Positions 21,708 to 31,469 of a stretch of DNA of 64,000 nt are shown piece after piece (positions within the stretch are counted from its first letter, which is position 1; every line of letters starts with the position of its first letter). The position numbers and the translations under genes were made by a program. The stretch comes from Actinomycetes bacterium (GTDB lineage: Bacteria; Actinomycetota; Acidimicrobiia; Acidimicrobiales; JAKAOS01), in contig JAKAOS010000001.1 in the NCBI GenBank assembly GCA_021823165.1, positions 4,543-68,542 of the forward strand, read 5' to 3'. The notes beneath the pieces are model-generated. The model was not told the origin of the DNA. It searched no databases and saw only the letters and a program-made list of their open reading frames with translations.

Positions 21708-23077
21708 CCGGCGGTATTGGCTTTGCATACCTGGTGACCGCAGTGGGCTTCATCTTGGCCTTGAAGGGACTGAGTTCCCCCAGGACGGCCAGGCAGGGAA
21801 ACCTCATCGGTGCGGCGGGCATGGCTTTGGCCTTTGGTTACACCCTGGCCGTAAAGGGGGCGTCACATGCCATTCTTTTGGTCGTCGCTCTGGCGATAGG
21901 GGTGGCTTTAGGGGTGCCTGCGGCCCGCAAGGTGAAGATGACCGCCATGCCCCAGATGGTTGCGCTCTTCAACGGCGTGGGTGGTGGGGCCGCCGCCCTG
22001 GTGGCACTGGATGACTTCTCGATCTCGGCACACAGCCACCTCGGATCGCTCTGGGCGGTCCTCTTCGACGTCGTGATCGGCGCAGTCTCCTTTTCGGGGA
22101 GCGCGATTGCCTTCGCGAAGCTCCAAGAACTCATGCCCGGCCGGCCCATCACCTATCCCGCCCAGCAGCCGGTCAATGCGGCCATAGCCGCAGTGATCGT
22201 GGTATCGGCCGTGGCTACGTTCTTCGGTGGCGGTGCGCTGACCCTGGCCATAGCCACTTTGGGGTCGCTGGTGCTCGGCGTGGCCTTTGTGCTGCCGATC
22301 GGGGGAGCGGATGCCCCGGTGGTGATCTCGCTGCTCAACTCCTTTACCGGCCTTGCCGTGGCCGCCTCGGGCTTTGTGCTCAGCAACACCGTGCTCATCG
22401 TGGGAGGGACCCTGGTTGGGGCATCGGGGACCATCCTCACCCGGATGATGAGTCAGGCCATGGGGCGCTCGCTACCCAACATTCTCTTCAGCGCCTTCGG
22501 ATCGGCCAGCACCACTGCGGCAGGCAAGGCCGGTGGTGAGGACAGGCCGGTGCGCACCGGGTCGCCAGAGGATATTGCGACCATGCTCTCCTATGCCGAA
22601 CAGGTCATGATCGTCCCCGGTTACGGCCTTGCGGTCGCACAGGCCCAGCACACGATCCGGGAACTTGCCAACGCATTGGCACAGCGGGGGGTGCGGGTCA
22701 TCTTCGCCATTCATCCCGTTGCCGGCCGGATGCCGGGACACATGAACGTGCTGTTGGCCGAGGCCGACGTCCCCTATGAGCAGCTGAAGGAGATGGACGA
22801 GGCGAACTCGACCATGTCCCTTACCGACGTGGCTCTGGTGGTCGGGGCCAACGACGTCGTGAACCCTGCCGCCCGGGACGCAAAGGGCAGCCCCATATAC
22901 GGCATGCCAATTATCTCAGTTGACCAGGCCAAAGCTGTGGTCTTCCTCAAGCGGAGCATGCGGCCTGGCTTTGCCGGGATCGATAACGAACTCCTCTACA
23001 ATCCAAAGACCACTCTTCTTTTTGGCGACGCCAAGGAATCCCTTTCGAAACTCGTCGCCGCGGTAAAGAACACCTAG
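21704..23077 (+). CDS. pntB: NAD(P) transhydrogenase subunit beta
   Basis: GTGA overlap with the pntAB stop. Multi-TM N-terminus and a dIII NADP(H) domain with 'GYGLAVAQAQH', 'AIHPVAGRMPGHMNVLLAEA' and 'VVGANDVVNPAA'. Confidence 0.9.
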   Translation: MTGGIGFAYLVTAVGFILALKGLSSPRTARQGNLIGAAGMALAFGYTLAVKGASHAILLVVALAIGVALGVPAARKVKMTAMPQMVALFNGVGGGAAALVALDDFSISAHSHLGSLWAVLFDVVIGAVSFSGSAIAFAKLQELMPGRPITYPAQQPVNAAIAAVIVVSAVATFFGGGALTLAIATLGSLVLGVAFVLPIGGADAPVVISLLNSFTGLAVAASGFVLSNTVLIVGGTLVGASGTILTRMMSQAMGRSLPNILFSAFGSASTTAAGKAGGEDRPVRTGSPEDIATMLSYAEQVMIVPGYGLAVAQAQHTIRELANALAQRGVRVIFAIHPVAGRMPGHMNVLLAEADVPYEQLKEMDEANSTMSLTDVALVVGANDVVNPAARDAKGSPIYGMPIISVDQAKAVVFLKRSMRPGFAGIDNELLYNPKTTLLFGDAKESLSKLVAAVKNT

Positions 23078-23088
23078 CCAGGAGGCGC

Positions 23089-25752
23089 ATGTCGCACAAC
23101 TCGTTCGGAGCGCAGGGCACTCTCGATGCGGGCGGTGCTTCCTATCGGATCTACCGGCTCCAAGCGGCCGGAGCCGATCTCGACTCCATGCCATTTGCCC
23201 TGAAGGTCCTGGCAGAGAACCTTCTCCGGCACGAGGATGGCATAAGCGTCCGGCCCGAGGACATAGCAGCGCTCTTGGGGTGGCAGGGCCGCCCCGCAGG
23301 CGATGCGGAGGTCGCCTTCCGGCCGGCGAGGGTGTTGATGCAGGACTTCACCGGAGTACCCGCGGTGGCGGATCTGGCGGCGATGAGGGACGCAGTCGCA
23401 GCCCTCGGCAAAAACCCCGCCTCCATTTCTCCCAAGATTCCCGTCGACCTCGTTATCGATCACTCGGTGGTTGCCGAGCGGTCGGGCGCGGTGGATGCTT
23501 TCCGCTACAACGCAGCCGTGGAGTTCGAGCACAACCGGGAGCGCTACCATCTGCTCCGCTGGGCGCAGCAGGCATTCGAGGGTTTCTCGGTCGTGCCGCC
23601 CGACACCGGCATCTGCCACCAGGTGAACCTGGAGTATCTCTCCAAGGTGGTCTTTGTCTCCGATGCCGGGGTTGCCTATCCCGACACATTGGTGGGGACC
23701 GACTCCCATACCACCATGGTCAATGGCCTGGGTGTGTTGGGATGGGGCGTAGGCGGGATCGAGGCCGAGGCGGCGATGCTCGGCCAGCCGCTTTCGATGA
23801 CCCTGCCAGAGGTGGTGGGCGTGAGGCTCTCGGGTGAGTTGCCGGCTGGGGCCACCGCCACCGACTTGGTCCTAACCATTGCCGAGCGACTGCGTTCTGT
23901 GGGTGTGGTGGGACGCCTGGTTGAGTTCTTTGGGCCCGCACTTTCATCGGTGCCCCTCGAGACCCGGGCGACCATCGGCAACATGTCCCCCGAGTATGGC
24001 TCCACCTGTGCCTTGTTCCCCGTGGACCAAGAGACCCTGCGGTATCTGGCCTTCACCGGGAGAAGCCCCTCCCAGGTTTCACTCGTCGAGGCCTACTGCA
24101 AGGAACAGGGCATGTTCCACTATGGCGGAGAGAGCCCGGATCCCTCCTACAGCCACGTCGTGGACCTGGATCTCTCTGTAGTGAGGCCCTCCATTTCGGG
24201 GCCCTCCAGGCCCCAGGACCGGGTGGACCTTGCAAGTGCGCCCGGCGCCTTTGCAACGGCCCTCGGCCGCCAGGCGGCTCCGGCGGGGCCGGAGACAGAT
24301 GCAGGGTCACAACAAGAACTCGCCGCCGACCGGCTTGGGGAGCTGAAGGACGGATCTGTGGTGCTGGCAGCCATAACCAGCTGCACCAATACCTCTAATC
24401 CCGAGGTCATGGTGGCGGCTGGGCTGTTGGCAAAGGCCGCCAGGGCCGCTGGGCTTTCCTCCAAGCCCTGGGTGAAGACCTCGCTTGCTCCCGGATCCAA
24501 GGTCGTAACGGAGTACTTGGAACGCTCGGGGCTCATGGAGCCGCTGGGGGAGTTGGGATTTGACCTAGTCGGATATGGCTGCACCACCTGCATCGGGAAC
24601 TCCGGGCCGTTGTTGGAGGGGGTCTCCGAAAGGGTGCGAGCCAATGCCCTCTCGGTGAGTGCGGTTCTTTCGGGTAACCGGAACTTCGAGGGCCGCATTC
24701 ATCCCGACGTGAGGATGAACTGGCTGGCCTCTCCGCCGCTTGTCGTCGCCTATGCCATTGCAGGTTCGATGGAGGTCAATCTTGCAGAGGATCCCCTCGG
24801 CACCACCGTCGATGGCCGGGAGGTCTACCTGAAGGATCTGTGGCCCAGTTCACAAGAGATTGCCGAGGTGATTCGGGCCGACATCCGCCCAGAGATGTTC
24901 TCCTCGGTCTACTCCTCCCTCTACCAGGGAGATCCCGCCTGGTCCTCGCTTGCAGAGGGAGAGGGTGTGCGCTTTGTCTGGGAAGACGACTCCACCTATG
25001 TAAAGCGTCCTCCCTTTGTGGGAGCAGAGGGCCAGATGGCCCAAGTCCAAGCTCCGCTGGCGGGACTGCGGGCCCTGGCTGTACTGGGCGACAGTGTGAC
25101 CACGGACCACATCTCGCCTGCCGGAGCCATTCCGGCAGACAGTCCTGCGGGTGAATACCTGGCCGCACACGGAGTGGCGAAAAAGGAGTTCAACTCCTAT
25201 GGTGCGCGGCGCGGAAATCACGAAGTCATGATGAGGGGCACCTTTGCCAACCTCAGGCTGCGCAACGCAATGGCGGAGGGGACCGAGGGAGGCTTTACGA
25301 CCCATCTTGGGACCGGCGAGGTGGTGACCATCTTCGAGGCCTCCCGTCGCTATCGCCAACAGGGCATTGGCCTGGTGGTGTTGGCTGGAAGGGAGTATGG
25401 ATCGGGTTCCTCCCGGGACTGGGCCGCAAAGGGCCCACTACTGCTCGGGGTGAGGGCGGTAATTGCCGAAAGCTTCGAGCGCATCCACCGGTCCAACTTG
25501 GTCGGCATGGGAATCCTGCCGCTGCAGTTCCTGCCCGGGGATAGCGTTGGCTCCCTCGGGCTCACCGGCAAAGAGGTATTCGACATAGCCGGGATGGAGG
25601 CCCTGGGCGAGGGCGAGGTTCCCCAGCGCGTCCTGGTGCGGGCCGATGGCAGGGAGTTTTTTGCCCAGCCACGGCTGGACACGCCCCAGGAGGTCTCCTA
25701 CTTCCTGGCGGGCGGCATTCTCCCATTTGTGCTGGAGGAGATGGTCTCCTGA
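23089..25752 (+). CDS. acnA: Aconitate hydratase A
   Basis: 887-aa ORF with 'GTDSHTTM', 'ITSCTNTSNP', 'GCTTCIGNSGP' and 'GSSRDWAAKG'. Confidence 0.96.
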   Translation: MSHNSFGAQGTLDAGGASYRIYRLQAAGADLDSMPFALKVLAENLLRHEDGISVRPEDIAALLGWQGRPAGDAEVAFRPARVLMQDFTGVPAVADLAAMRDAVAALGKNPASISPKIPVDLVIDHSVVAERSGAVDAFRYNAAVEFEHNRERYHLLRWAQQAFEGFSVVPPDTGICHQVNLEYLSKVVFVSDAGVAYPDTLVGTDSHTTMVNGLGVLGWGVGGIEAEAAMLGQPLSMTLPEVVGVRLSGELPAGATATDLVLTIAERLRSVGVVGRLVEFFGPALSSVPLETRATIGNMSPEYGSTCALFPVDQETLRYLAFTGRSPSQVSLVEAYCKEQGMFHYGGESPDPSYSHVVDLDLSVVRPSISGPSRPQDRVDLASAPGAFATALGRQAAPAGPETDAGSQQELAADRLGELKDGSVVLAAITSCTNTSNPEVMVAAGLLAKAARAAGLSSKPWVKTSLAPGSKVVTEYLERSGLMEPLGELGFDLVGYGCTTCIGNSGPLLEGVSERVRANALSVSAVLSGNRNFEGRIHPDVRMNWLASPPLVVAYAIAGSMEVNLAEDPLGTTVDGREVYLKDLWPSSQEIAEVIRADIRPEMFSSVYSSLYQGDPAWSSLAEGEGVRFVWEDDSTYVKRPPFVGAEGQMAQVQAPLAGLRALAVLGDSVTTDHISPAGAIPADSPAGEYLAAHGVAKKEFNSYGARRGNHEVMMRGTFANLRLRNAMAEGTEGGFTTHLGTGEVVTIFEASRRYRQQGIGLVVLAGREYGSGSSRDWAAKGPLLLGVRAVIAESFERIHRSNLVGMGILPLQFLPGDSVGSLGLTGKEVFDIAGMEALGEGEVPQRVLVRADGREFFAQPRLDTPQEVSYFLAGGILPFVLEEMVS

Positions 25753-25812
25753 GGACACCGGTGCCAACCACCTTTGAGCTGTAGGTGCAAAGGTGACTCA
25801 GTCCCCTCCGCT

Positions 25813-27930
25813 TCAGCCTGCGGCGATAGCTGCCCAGCTGCCACCGGCCTTGGAGGCTGACGGCGATCCCTGCCAGGAGGCATCTCCGAAGTTGTAGACG
25901 TTGCCCGCCTGGGTGACCAGCCAGTAGCCAGCACCGTCAGAGGTCCCAGATACGTCGACCACGGGTGAGGGGATGGTGGTTCCCGACAGGGACCCGTACC
26001 ACTTGGCATCCCCGAAGTTGTAGACGTTGCCCGCCTGGGTGACCAGCCAGTAGCCAGCACCGTCGGGTGTGGAGGCCGCGGCCACCACCTGGGATGGGAG
26101 GGTAATACCAGCGCCCGGCCCATACGAGGTGGCATCACCGTAGGCGTAGGTGGCTCCCGAGGCTGCCACAAGGAGATAGCCCGCGCCGTCGTGGCTGGGC
26201 AGTACCGCCGTTATGGGTGAGGGGATGGTGGTTCCCGACAGGGACCCGTACCACTTGGCATCTCCGAAGTTGTAGACGTTGCCCGCCTGGGTGACCAGCC
26301 AGTAGCCAGCACCGTCGGGTGTGGCTCCTGCGGCGGCGACGGGAGCGGCCAGCTTGACACCGGCCAGGGACCCGAACCACTTGGCATCGCCGAAGTTGTA
26401 GACGTTGCCCGCCTGGGTTATGAGCCAGTAGCCCTGGTGTGTGGGTGTGGGCACCATGGCCACCACCGGCGAAGCCAGCTTCGTCCCGGCCGGGGGGCCG
26501 TAGGAGGTGTCGGCGCCATAGGCGTTGACCGGGCCCGAGGAGGATGCCACGTCATAGCCCGCAGTACCACTCGGTTGCAGTGGTGCGTTGTAGGCGACCG
26601 AGGAGATGGTGAAGTAGTTGGATTTCAGGCCCATGTCCCACATGAACTGATTCCCCGTGATGCTCACCGAGGTGGCCTGACCCGAGGAGGAAAGCCCGGA
26701 AATGCTCATCTGCAGCACCCTCCCGCCCCAGTCCCCATAACCGTTTCTCGAGGTGATGGTGACGGAGGAAACCTGGGCAAACTGGGGCCAGGCCTGTTCG
26801 ATCTGGGAGGCAGTTATGGTCACGGACCAGTTGTGGTAGGGGTTGCAGCCCGAGGAGTTGCAGACCGCGTCGCCGGCGTCTGGCACCGCCGGGAAGGGTC
26901 CGCCTGCGGTATAGCCGCCGGTTGAGGCGGAATACATCGCCGATGCAATCGCTCCCCCGGAGTTGTAAAGAACGACGCCGGAGGTGTCATTGACCGCAGC
27001 GGTCGCCTGGGAGTACTCCTGGGACATGCCCAGGTACTCCTGGCAGTAGGTGGAGTCGCAGATGTCGGCATAGCCGAGGGAACCCAGGCGGGCCTCGGCG
27101 TAGGAGCGTGCGGCCACGGCCTGGGCCTCCAGCGCCTGGAATCCCCAGGGCTGGGACTGCGGGCCAGCCGGGCCGAGGTTGCCCCAGGAGCCCGGCATCT
27201 CCGATGGCACCACGCCGGCGAGGTATTCATTGAGGGGGAGCACGTTCACGGTGCGTGGAGAGCCGTTGTAGCTAGCGGCCTGGATCTCGCCGCGATAGGG
27301 GGTGGTGCCGCCGTTGTTGTTGCACAAGGTGAGCACCTGGGAAACAGAGGCGGTCGGAGATTGGCTGGCAGGTATGGCGACGGCCTGTGTGGTGGAGTAG
27401 GTGGCCGATGAGACTGCAGACCATGGGCCCGAACATGACGAAGAGCGGGCGAGGGACCACGACCCCGAGCTGTTCAGGCTGAGCATTGCCACCTGGTTTG
27501 CCGAGAACGCCACGCCTGCAACGCTGAATGAGCTTTGTGAGGTGATCCGGATGGGATTGTTGTCATTCCAGGTCAATACCACTCGGATGTTGGGGTTGGG
27601 AGTGGGCATTGTCCCAAGGGTTGTCCCGCCGTAGTAGTGGGAAAGGATGTTCTGATAGGTCCAGGGCGAGCCCATGAGGGCATATCCGATTGCCCCATAT
27701 TGGCCCATGCCGATGCCGTGGCCGTAGCCGTGGCCGGAGAGAGTGATCGAGGAGACGGTGCTTTGCGCCGAGGCAGGGGTGACTGCGAATACTGCGGTAG
27801 CTCCCGCCGCCAGTGCCGATGCGCCAGCCAGTCGGGCAAAGGCCAGCCTGAAGGCCCCCCTGGGTGTCTTGCTGAAGAACCGCCTAGGGCGGAGGCGTCC
27901 TCGCATCAAGCCATCTCGCCGTGTTCGCAT
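25813..27930 (-). CDS. Secreted SpoIID/LytB-domain protein with six C-terminal ~42-aa repeats
   Basis: Tat-like signal 'RPRRFFSK...ASA'. SpoIID signature 'GHGYGHGIGMGQYGA'. C-terminal repeats 'GAGYWLVTQAGNVYNFGDAKWYGSL'. Confidence 0.85.
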   Translation of the reverse strand: MRTRRDGLMRGRLRPRRFFSKTPRGAFRLAFARLAGASALAAGATAVFAVTPASAQSTVSSITLSGHGYGHGIGMGQYGAIGYALMGSPWTYQNILSHYYGGTTLGTMPTPNPNIRVVLTWNDNNPIRITSQSSFSVAGVAFSANQVAMLSLNSSGSWSLARSSSCSGPWSAVSSATYSTTQAVAIPASQSPTASVSQVLTLCNNNGGTTPYRGEIQAASYNGSPRTVNVLPLNEYLAGVVPSEMPGSWGNLGPAGPQSQPWGFQALEAQAVAARSYAEARLGSLGYADICDSTYCQEYLGMSQEYSQATAAVNDTSGVVLYNSGGAIASAMYSASTGGYTAGGPFPAVPDAGDAVCNSSGCNPYHNWSVTITASQIEQAWPQFAQVSSVTITSRNGYGDWGGRVLQMSISGLSSSGQATSVSITGNQFMWDMGLKSNYFTISSVAYNAPLQPSGTAGYDVASSSGPVNAYGADTSYGPPAGTKLASPVVAMVPTPTHQGYWLITQAGNVYNFGDAKWFGSLAGVKLAAPVAAAGATPDGAGYWLVTQAGNVYNFGDAKWYGSLSGTTIPSPITAVLPSHDGAGYLLVAASGATYAYGDATSYGPGAGITLPSQVVAAASTPDGAGYWLVTQAGNVYNFGDAKWYGSLSGTTIPSPVVDVSGTSDGAGYWLVTQAGNVYNFGDASWQGSPSASKAGGSWAAIAAG
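25861..26577 (-). repeat. Intragenic 126-nt (42-codon) tandem repeat array inside the SpoIID-domain gene
   Basis: Six protein repeats. At the DNA level, 25963-26072 and 26215-26324 are 110 bp with a single mismatch. Shorter copies sit around 25885 and 26390. Confidence 0.9.
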
Positions 27931-28272
27931 CGCATTGTTATCGGCAACGCCCTTCTTTGGCTGAACTTGTTAGACCTTCACGCAAAGTCGGATTCGGCAT
28001 CTCGTGCCCTCTACGGCCATACATGACTACCAGCTACGCACTGTCTCGGGCAAGACGGAGCGTGTCGATTGCAACACACAGAGCGCGCATCTGGGGTCCG
28101 ATGGTCTGTTCAAAGAAGCGCTGCAGGGTCCCCCGCCGCCCCTGGGACAGCGCTGCAGCGGCCGTGTGAAAGCTGCGGGGTCGCCACCCAGGGCTCAGGA
28201 GTCCTTATGGGACCCGCCGGCCGTCTTTATTTCCAGAGTCCTGCCTGGAGAGAGATGCCTTGAGATGCATCT

Positions 28273-29970
28273 CTAGTGAAGCCTGGATCTCCTGTTGCCG
28301 GGCGTGCTGTGTCGCTGCAATGAGGTCCAAGGGGAGGCGCCCGTATCCAGGGTTTTTTCGGAGTTGGACTGAGAGGGTGCCAGCCACCGTGCGACTGCGA
28401 TGCTGGCCAGTGCGAACCAAGCCATGAGCAGTGGTCCGAAGATCGCCGGCTGCCATCCATTTTTCACATGCAAAAAGAAGTCGAAGGGGCCATTGAGTCC
28501 GACTGCAAAACGGCGGTAGAAGGCGGCAAAGGAGATGATGTTGGCCAGGGCCGTCCCATACAGCACCGCTCTGGTCACCGCACCCGCCGCCTCTGGACCC
28601 ATTGGTTCGCGTCTCTTGGAGCGCTGAGCGGCCGCCAGGGCGGCCATGGCTACCAGGGGCACCGAGACCGTGAGGGGAAGTGCATCCCTGCCCTGCATGA
28701 AGATGCCGTCGGTTCGGGCATGGGAGACGATCATGGCGGTTGGCACCAAGAAGCTGGCAAGTAGGGCTACAAGCATGCCGAGGCGGTGGCGGAGGTCGGC
28801 CATTGCCCAGGCATAGAAGAAGATGGCACCAACTGCCCCGATCCAGATGAGGTAGACGAAGCTGGGCATGAAGCCATCCAGCCAGCCGGTAACCCCGATC
28901 ATTTCGTTGACAATCGACCCGACGTGTTCAGCAGCGAGCGCGAACACCTGGATAAAAGAGGCCGCTGCCGGCGGCTTGGGTGCCACCGATGTTATCGCCG
29001 TGGCACGGGCCAGCACCGTCCAGCCAAGGCTCAGCGTGCATGCAGCGACCACCAGATAGACATAACGGCGCACAATGGGCGAGCGGATCAACTGATGCCT
29101 GCGGTTGCGGGAGGCCATCACAACCAAAAAGACGCCCATGATTGCCACCCATAGTGGGGATGGTGCCCTGGTGAGGCCGAGTACCGCTGCGCTGGCTCCC
29201 GTGGCCCGGACCAGGGTCGGGGAGATCGCACCGGGTGAATCCCAAATCAGGATGAGCCCCGAGGTCCAAGCCGCAATCGAGGCAGATATCTCCAGGCCGC
29301 TCGGATTGATCACGGCGATCAATGACATGACCGTGGGCGTGATTGTTACCCCCAGTCCCGCCGCCCAAAGCCGGGTGCTCCCAAAGCACATCGCCACCGC
29401 TATCGCCAGTCCCAAGAAGATGGAGTCCAAAGCGTCACTCGCCAGGCGCATCAGGTGCACACCAACAAGGTTCGGAAACAAAAGGCTCGGCCAGCCGACC
29501 AGTGCGTAATACAAAGGCGGGTAGCGGCCCACGTAGGTCGGGACCGTGATGGTATTGCCCCTGTAGGGATAGGGGGAGCGACAGTGTGGCGGCAGAGGGG
29601 TGTATGCCCAGCAGGGGGCCTTGCAGCCTGCGGGTATGGCGCCGTGGGTGGCAAAGCATGGCGGGCTTATCGTTGGCCGCCCGAGGCGCAGGGGCAGCTT
29701 CACCAACACCGTCGCTGCAGGCTGGCCCTTCATGGGAGCACCGATCAGCTGCCCCCTTACCAAAGACGCCGCCCTTACCATCTGGGCGGGTTCATCTGGG
29801 CCACCGAAAAGCGGGATAACGGAACTCCAAGAAGCACCGAGCAGGAAGATCAGCACCGTGGCAAGCAACCATTTGGGTATAAATCCCGGCCTGGAATGGC
29901 CCAATGCGGTGGAGATGGGCACGGGCCGTGGGGCATGGCCCCCCGGGCTGGTGTCCTCACCGGGCTGCAC
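28273..29970 (-). CDS. Polytopic membrane protein, DUF2142/GT-C-like (putative envelope glycosyltransferase)
   Basis: 565-aa ORF with at least 10 hydrophobic segments. The 'GGPDEPAQMVRA' motif after TM1 resembles the PDExxH-type motif I associate with DUF2142. Function is uncertain. Confidence 0.6.
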   Translation of the reverse strand: MQPGEDTSPGGHAPRPVPISTALGHSRPGFIPKWLLATVLIFLLGASWSSVIPLFGGPDEPAQMVRAASLVRGQLIGAPMKGQPAATVLVKLPLRLGRPTISPPCFATHGAIPAGCKAPCWAYTPLPPHCRSPYPYRGNTITVPTYVGRYPPLYYALVGWPSLLFPNLVGVHLMRLASDALDSIFLGLAIAVAMCFGSTRLWAAGLGVTITPTVMSLIAVINPSGLEISASIAAWTSGLILIWDSPGAISPTLVRATGASAAVLGLTRAPSPLWVAIMGVFLVVMASRNRRHQLIRSPIVRRYVYLVVAACTLSLGWTVLARATAITSVAPKPPAAASFIQVFALAAEHVGSIVNEMIGVTGWLDGFMPSFVYLIWIGAVGAIFFYAWAMADLRHRLGMLVALLASFLVPTAMIVSHARTDGIFMQGRDALPLTVSVPLVAMAALAAAQRSKRREPMGPEAAGAVTRAVLYGTALANIISFAAFYRRFAVGLNGPFDFFLHVKNGWQPAIFGPLLMAWFALASIAVARWLAPSQSNSEKTLDTGASPWTSLQRHSTPGNRRSRLH

Positions 29971-30199
29971 GCAGCGATGTTAGCCCAGGCGGCGATCTTT
30001 GCCGGTGCGGGCCTCAAGGACCGATAACCATCGCTCCCGGTCTTGTACTCACCGCCCGAGGCTGGCTTGGGCCAGTAGCGACGCTTCGCAGCTGGTGATC
30101 GCCGTCGGTGATGCCAAATTTGCTCGACAGGCCCCCATGGCTCGCCTAGGAAGCCTTTCCAGCCGGGTGCTGCGGCGTTGTTGTTCCTTCTGCAGTGCT

Positions 30200-30216
30200 C
30201 CTGTGAAGTTCACAGG
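30200..30216. promoter_or_regulatory. 17-bp perfect palindrome CCTGTGAA-G-TTCACAGG (candidate operator)
   Basis: Read directly from the sequence. It lies in the 456-bp divergent region between the membrane-protein gene and the aldolase-CMD-MarR genes. Confidence 0.25.
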
Positions 30217-30426
30217 TGTCTATCGGAGGTTTTGGACCACGGCCCCCCAGCACCAAAACAGAACCTGGAATCGATGCGGGCCGGCGTTGAGCGGCCAACT
30301 CCGAAGCGTTGGTTGGGCCGGGGAATGCAGAGCGCACCCGTCCTGTTGGGATAGTCGTAAGTATTCCTACGGTCTGGTTGAGTGCTTTCCCCGACCGGCG
30401 GGTATCACGATGCCGAGGAGGCAGCA

Positions 30427-31092
30427 ATGAGTGAACTAAGTCATCGATCTGACCGCGATGCGATCATCGCCGCAGTCCAGCGGTTGTTCGAAGCCGGGGT
30501 GATGTCGGCCAGTGGGCATGCAAATCTGTCCGCCCGGGTCTCTCCGGATCTGATCCTGCTTACGACCCAGGGTTTTGTGAGAGATCTGCAGGCATCCTCG
30601 CTTGCTTTGGTCGAGGTTTCGGGCAAGGTGGTCGAGGGAGAGGTGGACCCGACCAACCAAGAGATCATCGACATGCACACCGCCGTCTACCGCCTACGGC
30701 CCGAGGTGGGTGGCATCGTGCATACCCACAGCCCCAACCTTTTGGCATATGCCATGGCTAATCGCCCGCTCCCGAGCAGGTATGAGGCACTCAGGCGTTT
30801 CGGCCAGGCAAGCGACATCCCGGTGGTGCCCTGGGCCCCCAGGGGGACCGAGCGGTCGGTTGGTGCCATCGTGGAGGCGTTGGAGGCGGATCCCGGCACC
30901 AAGGCGGTGCTGTTGGGCAACCACGGGGTGCTCAGCTTTGGCCCAGACCCCGTCACCGCAGCAATGGTGGTGGTAGTGGCCGAGGAGGCCGCAGACGCGG
31001 AGCTGGCGGCACAGGCTTTGGGGGGAGCCCGGTCCCTGCCGGAGGGGGCATCGGAGGAGATCCGGGCCGGAATGTCACGGTTTGCCAAATGA
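30427..31092 (+). CDS. Class II aldolase/adducin-family protein
   Basis: 'GHANLSARV' and 'IVHTHSPNLLAYA' metal-binding His pattern. GAGGAGG lies upstream of ATG 30427. Confidence 0.85.
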   Translation: MSELSHRSDRDAIIAAVQRLFEAGVMSASGHANLSARVSPDLILLTTQGFVRDLQASSLALVEVSGKVVEGEVDPTNQEIIDMHTAVYRLRPEVGGIVHTHSPNLLAYAMANRPLPSRYEALRRFGQASDIPVVPWAPRGTERSVGAIVEALEADPGTKAVLLGNHGVLSFGPDPVTAAMVVVVAEEAADAELAAQALGGARSLPEGASEEIRAGMSRFAK

Positions 31093-31466
31093 GTGCCGAA
31101 AAGGCGGAAAAACAGGACATCTCCGGCCGCTATGAGGCCACCTTTGGAGTGCTCCCGCCCAGCGTCGCGGCGCGAATGGCTTTGTCCGAGGCGGCCGGTC
31201 GCAGTGCGGCGACCGAGGCCATAGAGAACCTTCGGGGGGTCTTATTGGCCAAAAACGCACTCGGAGCCAAGGTGCAGCAGTTGGTGCACTTTGCTCAGTT
31301 GCTGGCCCTGGGTGCCAAAGAGCCGGCGCGACTTCACGCTGCGGCGGCCGCAAGGGCGGGGGCAACTCTTGAAGAACTGGTGGGGGTTGCCGAGACATCG
31401 TTGATAACGGCGGGCATGCCCGCATATGCCATGGCCATGGAGCTGATCGGGGAGGTCGTTGCCTAA
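31089..31466 (+). CDS. Carboxymuconolactone decarboxylase (AhpD-like) family protein
   Basis: 125-aa all-helical ORF with a CMD-like core 'KVQQLVHFAQLLALGA'. ATGA overlap with the aldolase gene. Confidence 0.7.
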   Translation: MSAEKAEKQDISGRYEATFGVLPPSVAARMALSEAAGRSAATEAIENLRGVLLAKNALGAKVQQLVHFAQLLALGAKEPARLHAAAAARAGATLEELVGVAETSLITAGMPAYAMAMELIGEVVA

Positions 31467-31469
31467 TCG

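Noticed and set aside
25769-25795. Hairpins between convergent gene pairs: acnA/SpoIID at 25769..25795, and cyclase/LOG at 57970..57985.
   Set aside because: The stems are only 6-8 bp, with an 11-nt loop in the first hairpin and a 4-nt loop in the second, and there is no T-tract. They are too weak to annotate as terminators.
27931-28272. Possible c-di-AMP (ydaO-type) riboswitch upstream of the SpoIID-domain gene.
   Set aside because: The minus strand contains CGGGGGACCC and CCGAAUCCGAC, which resemble ydaO segments. However, they are in the wrong order relative to a CAAUCG element, and the conserved ACAGCUNACCUCGUAAGCG tail is absent. The call cannot be supported without a covariance-model hit.
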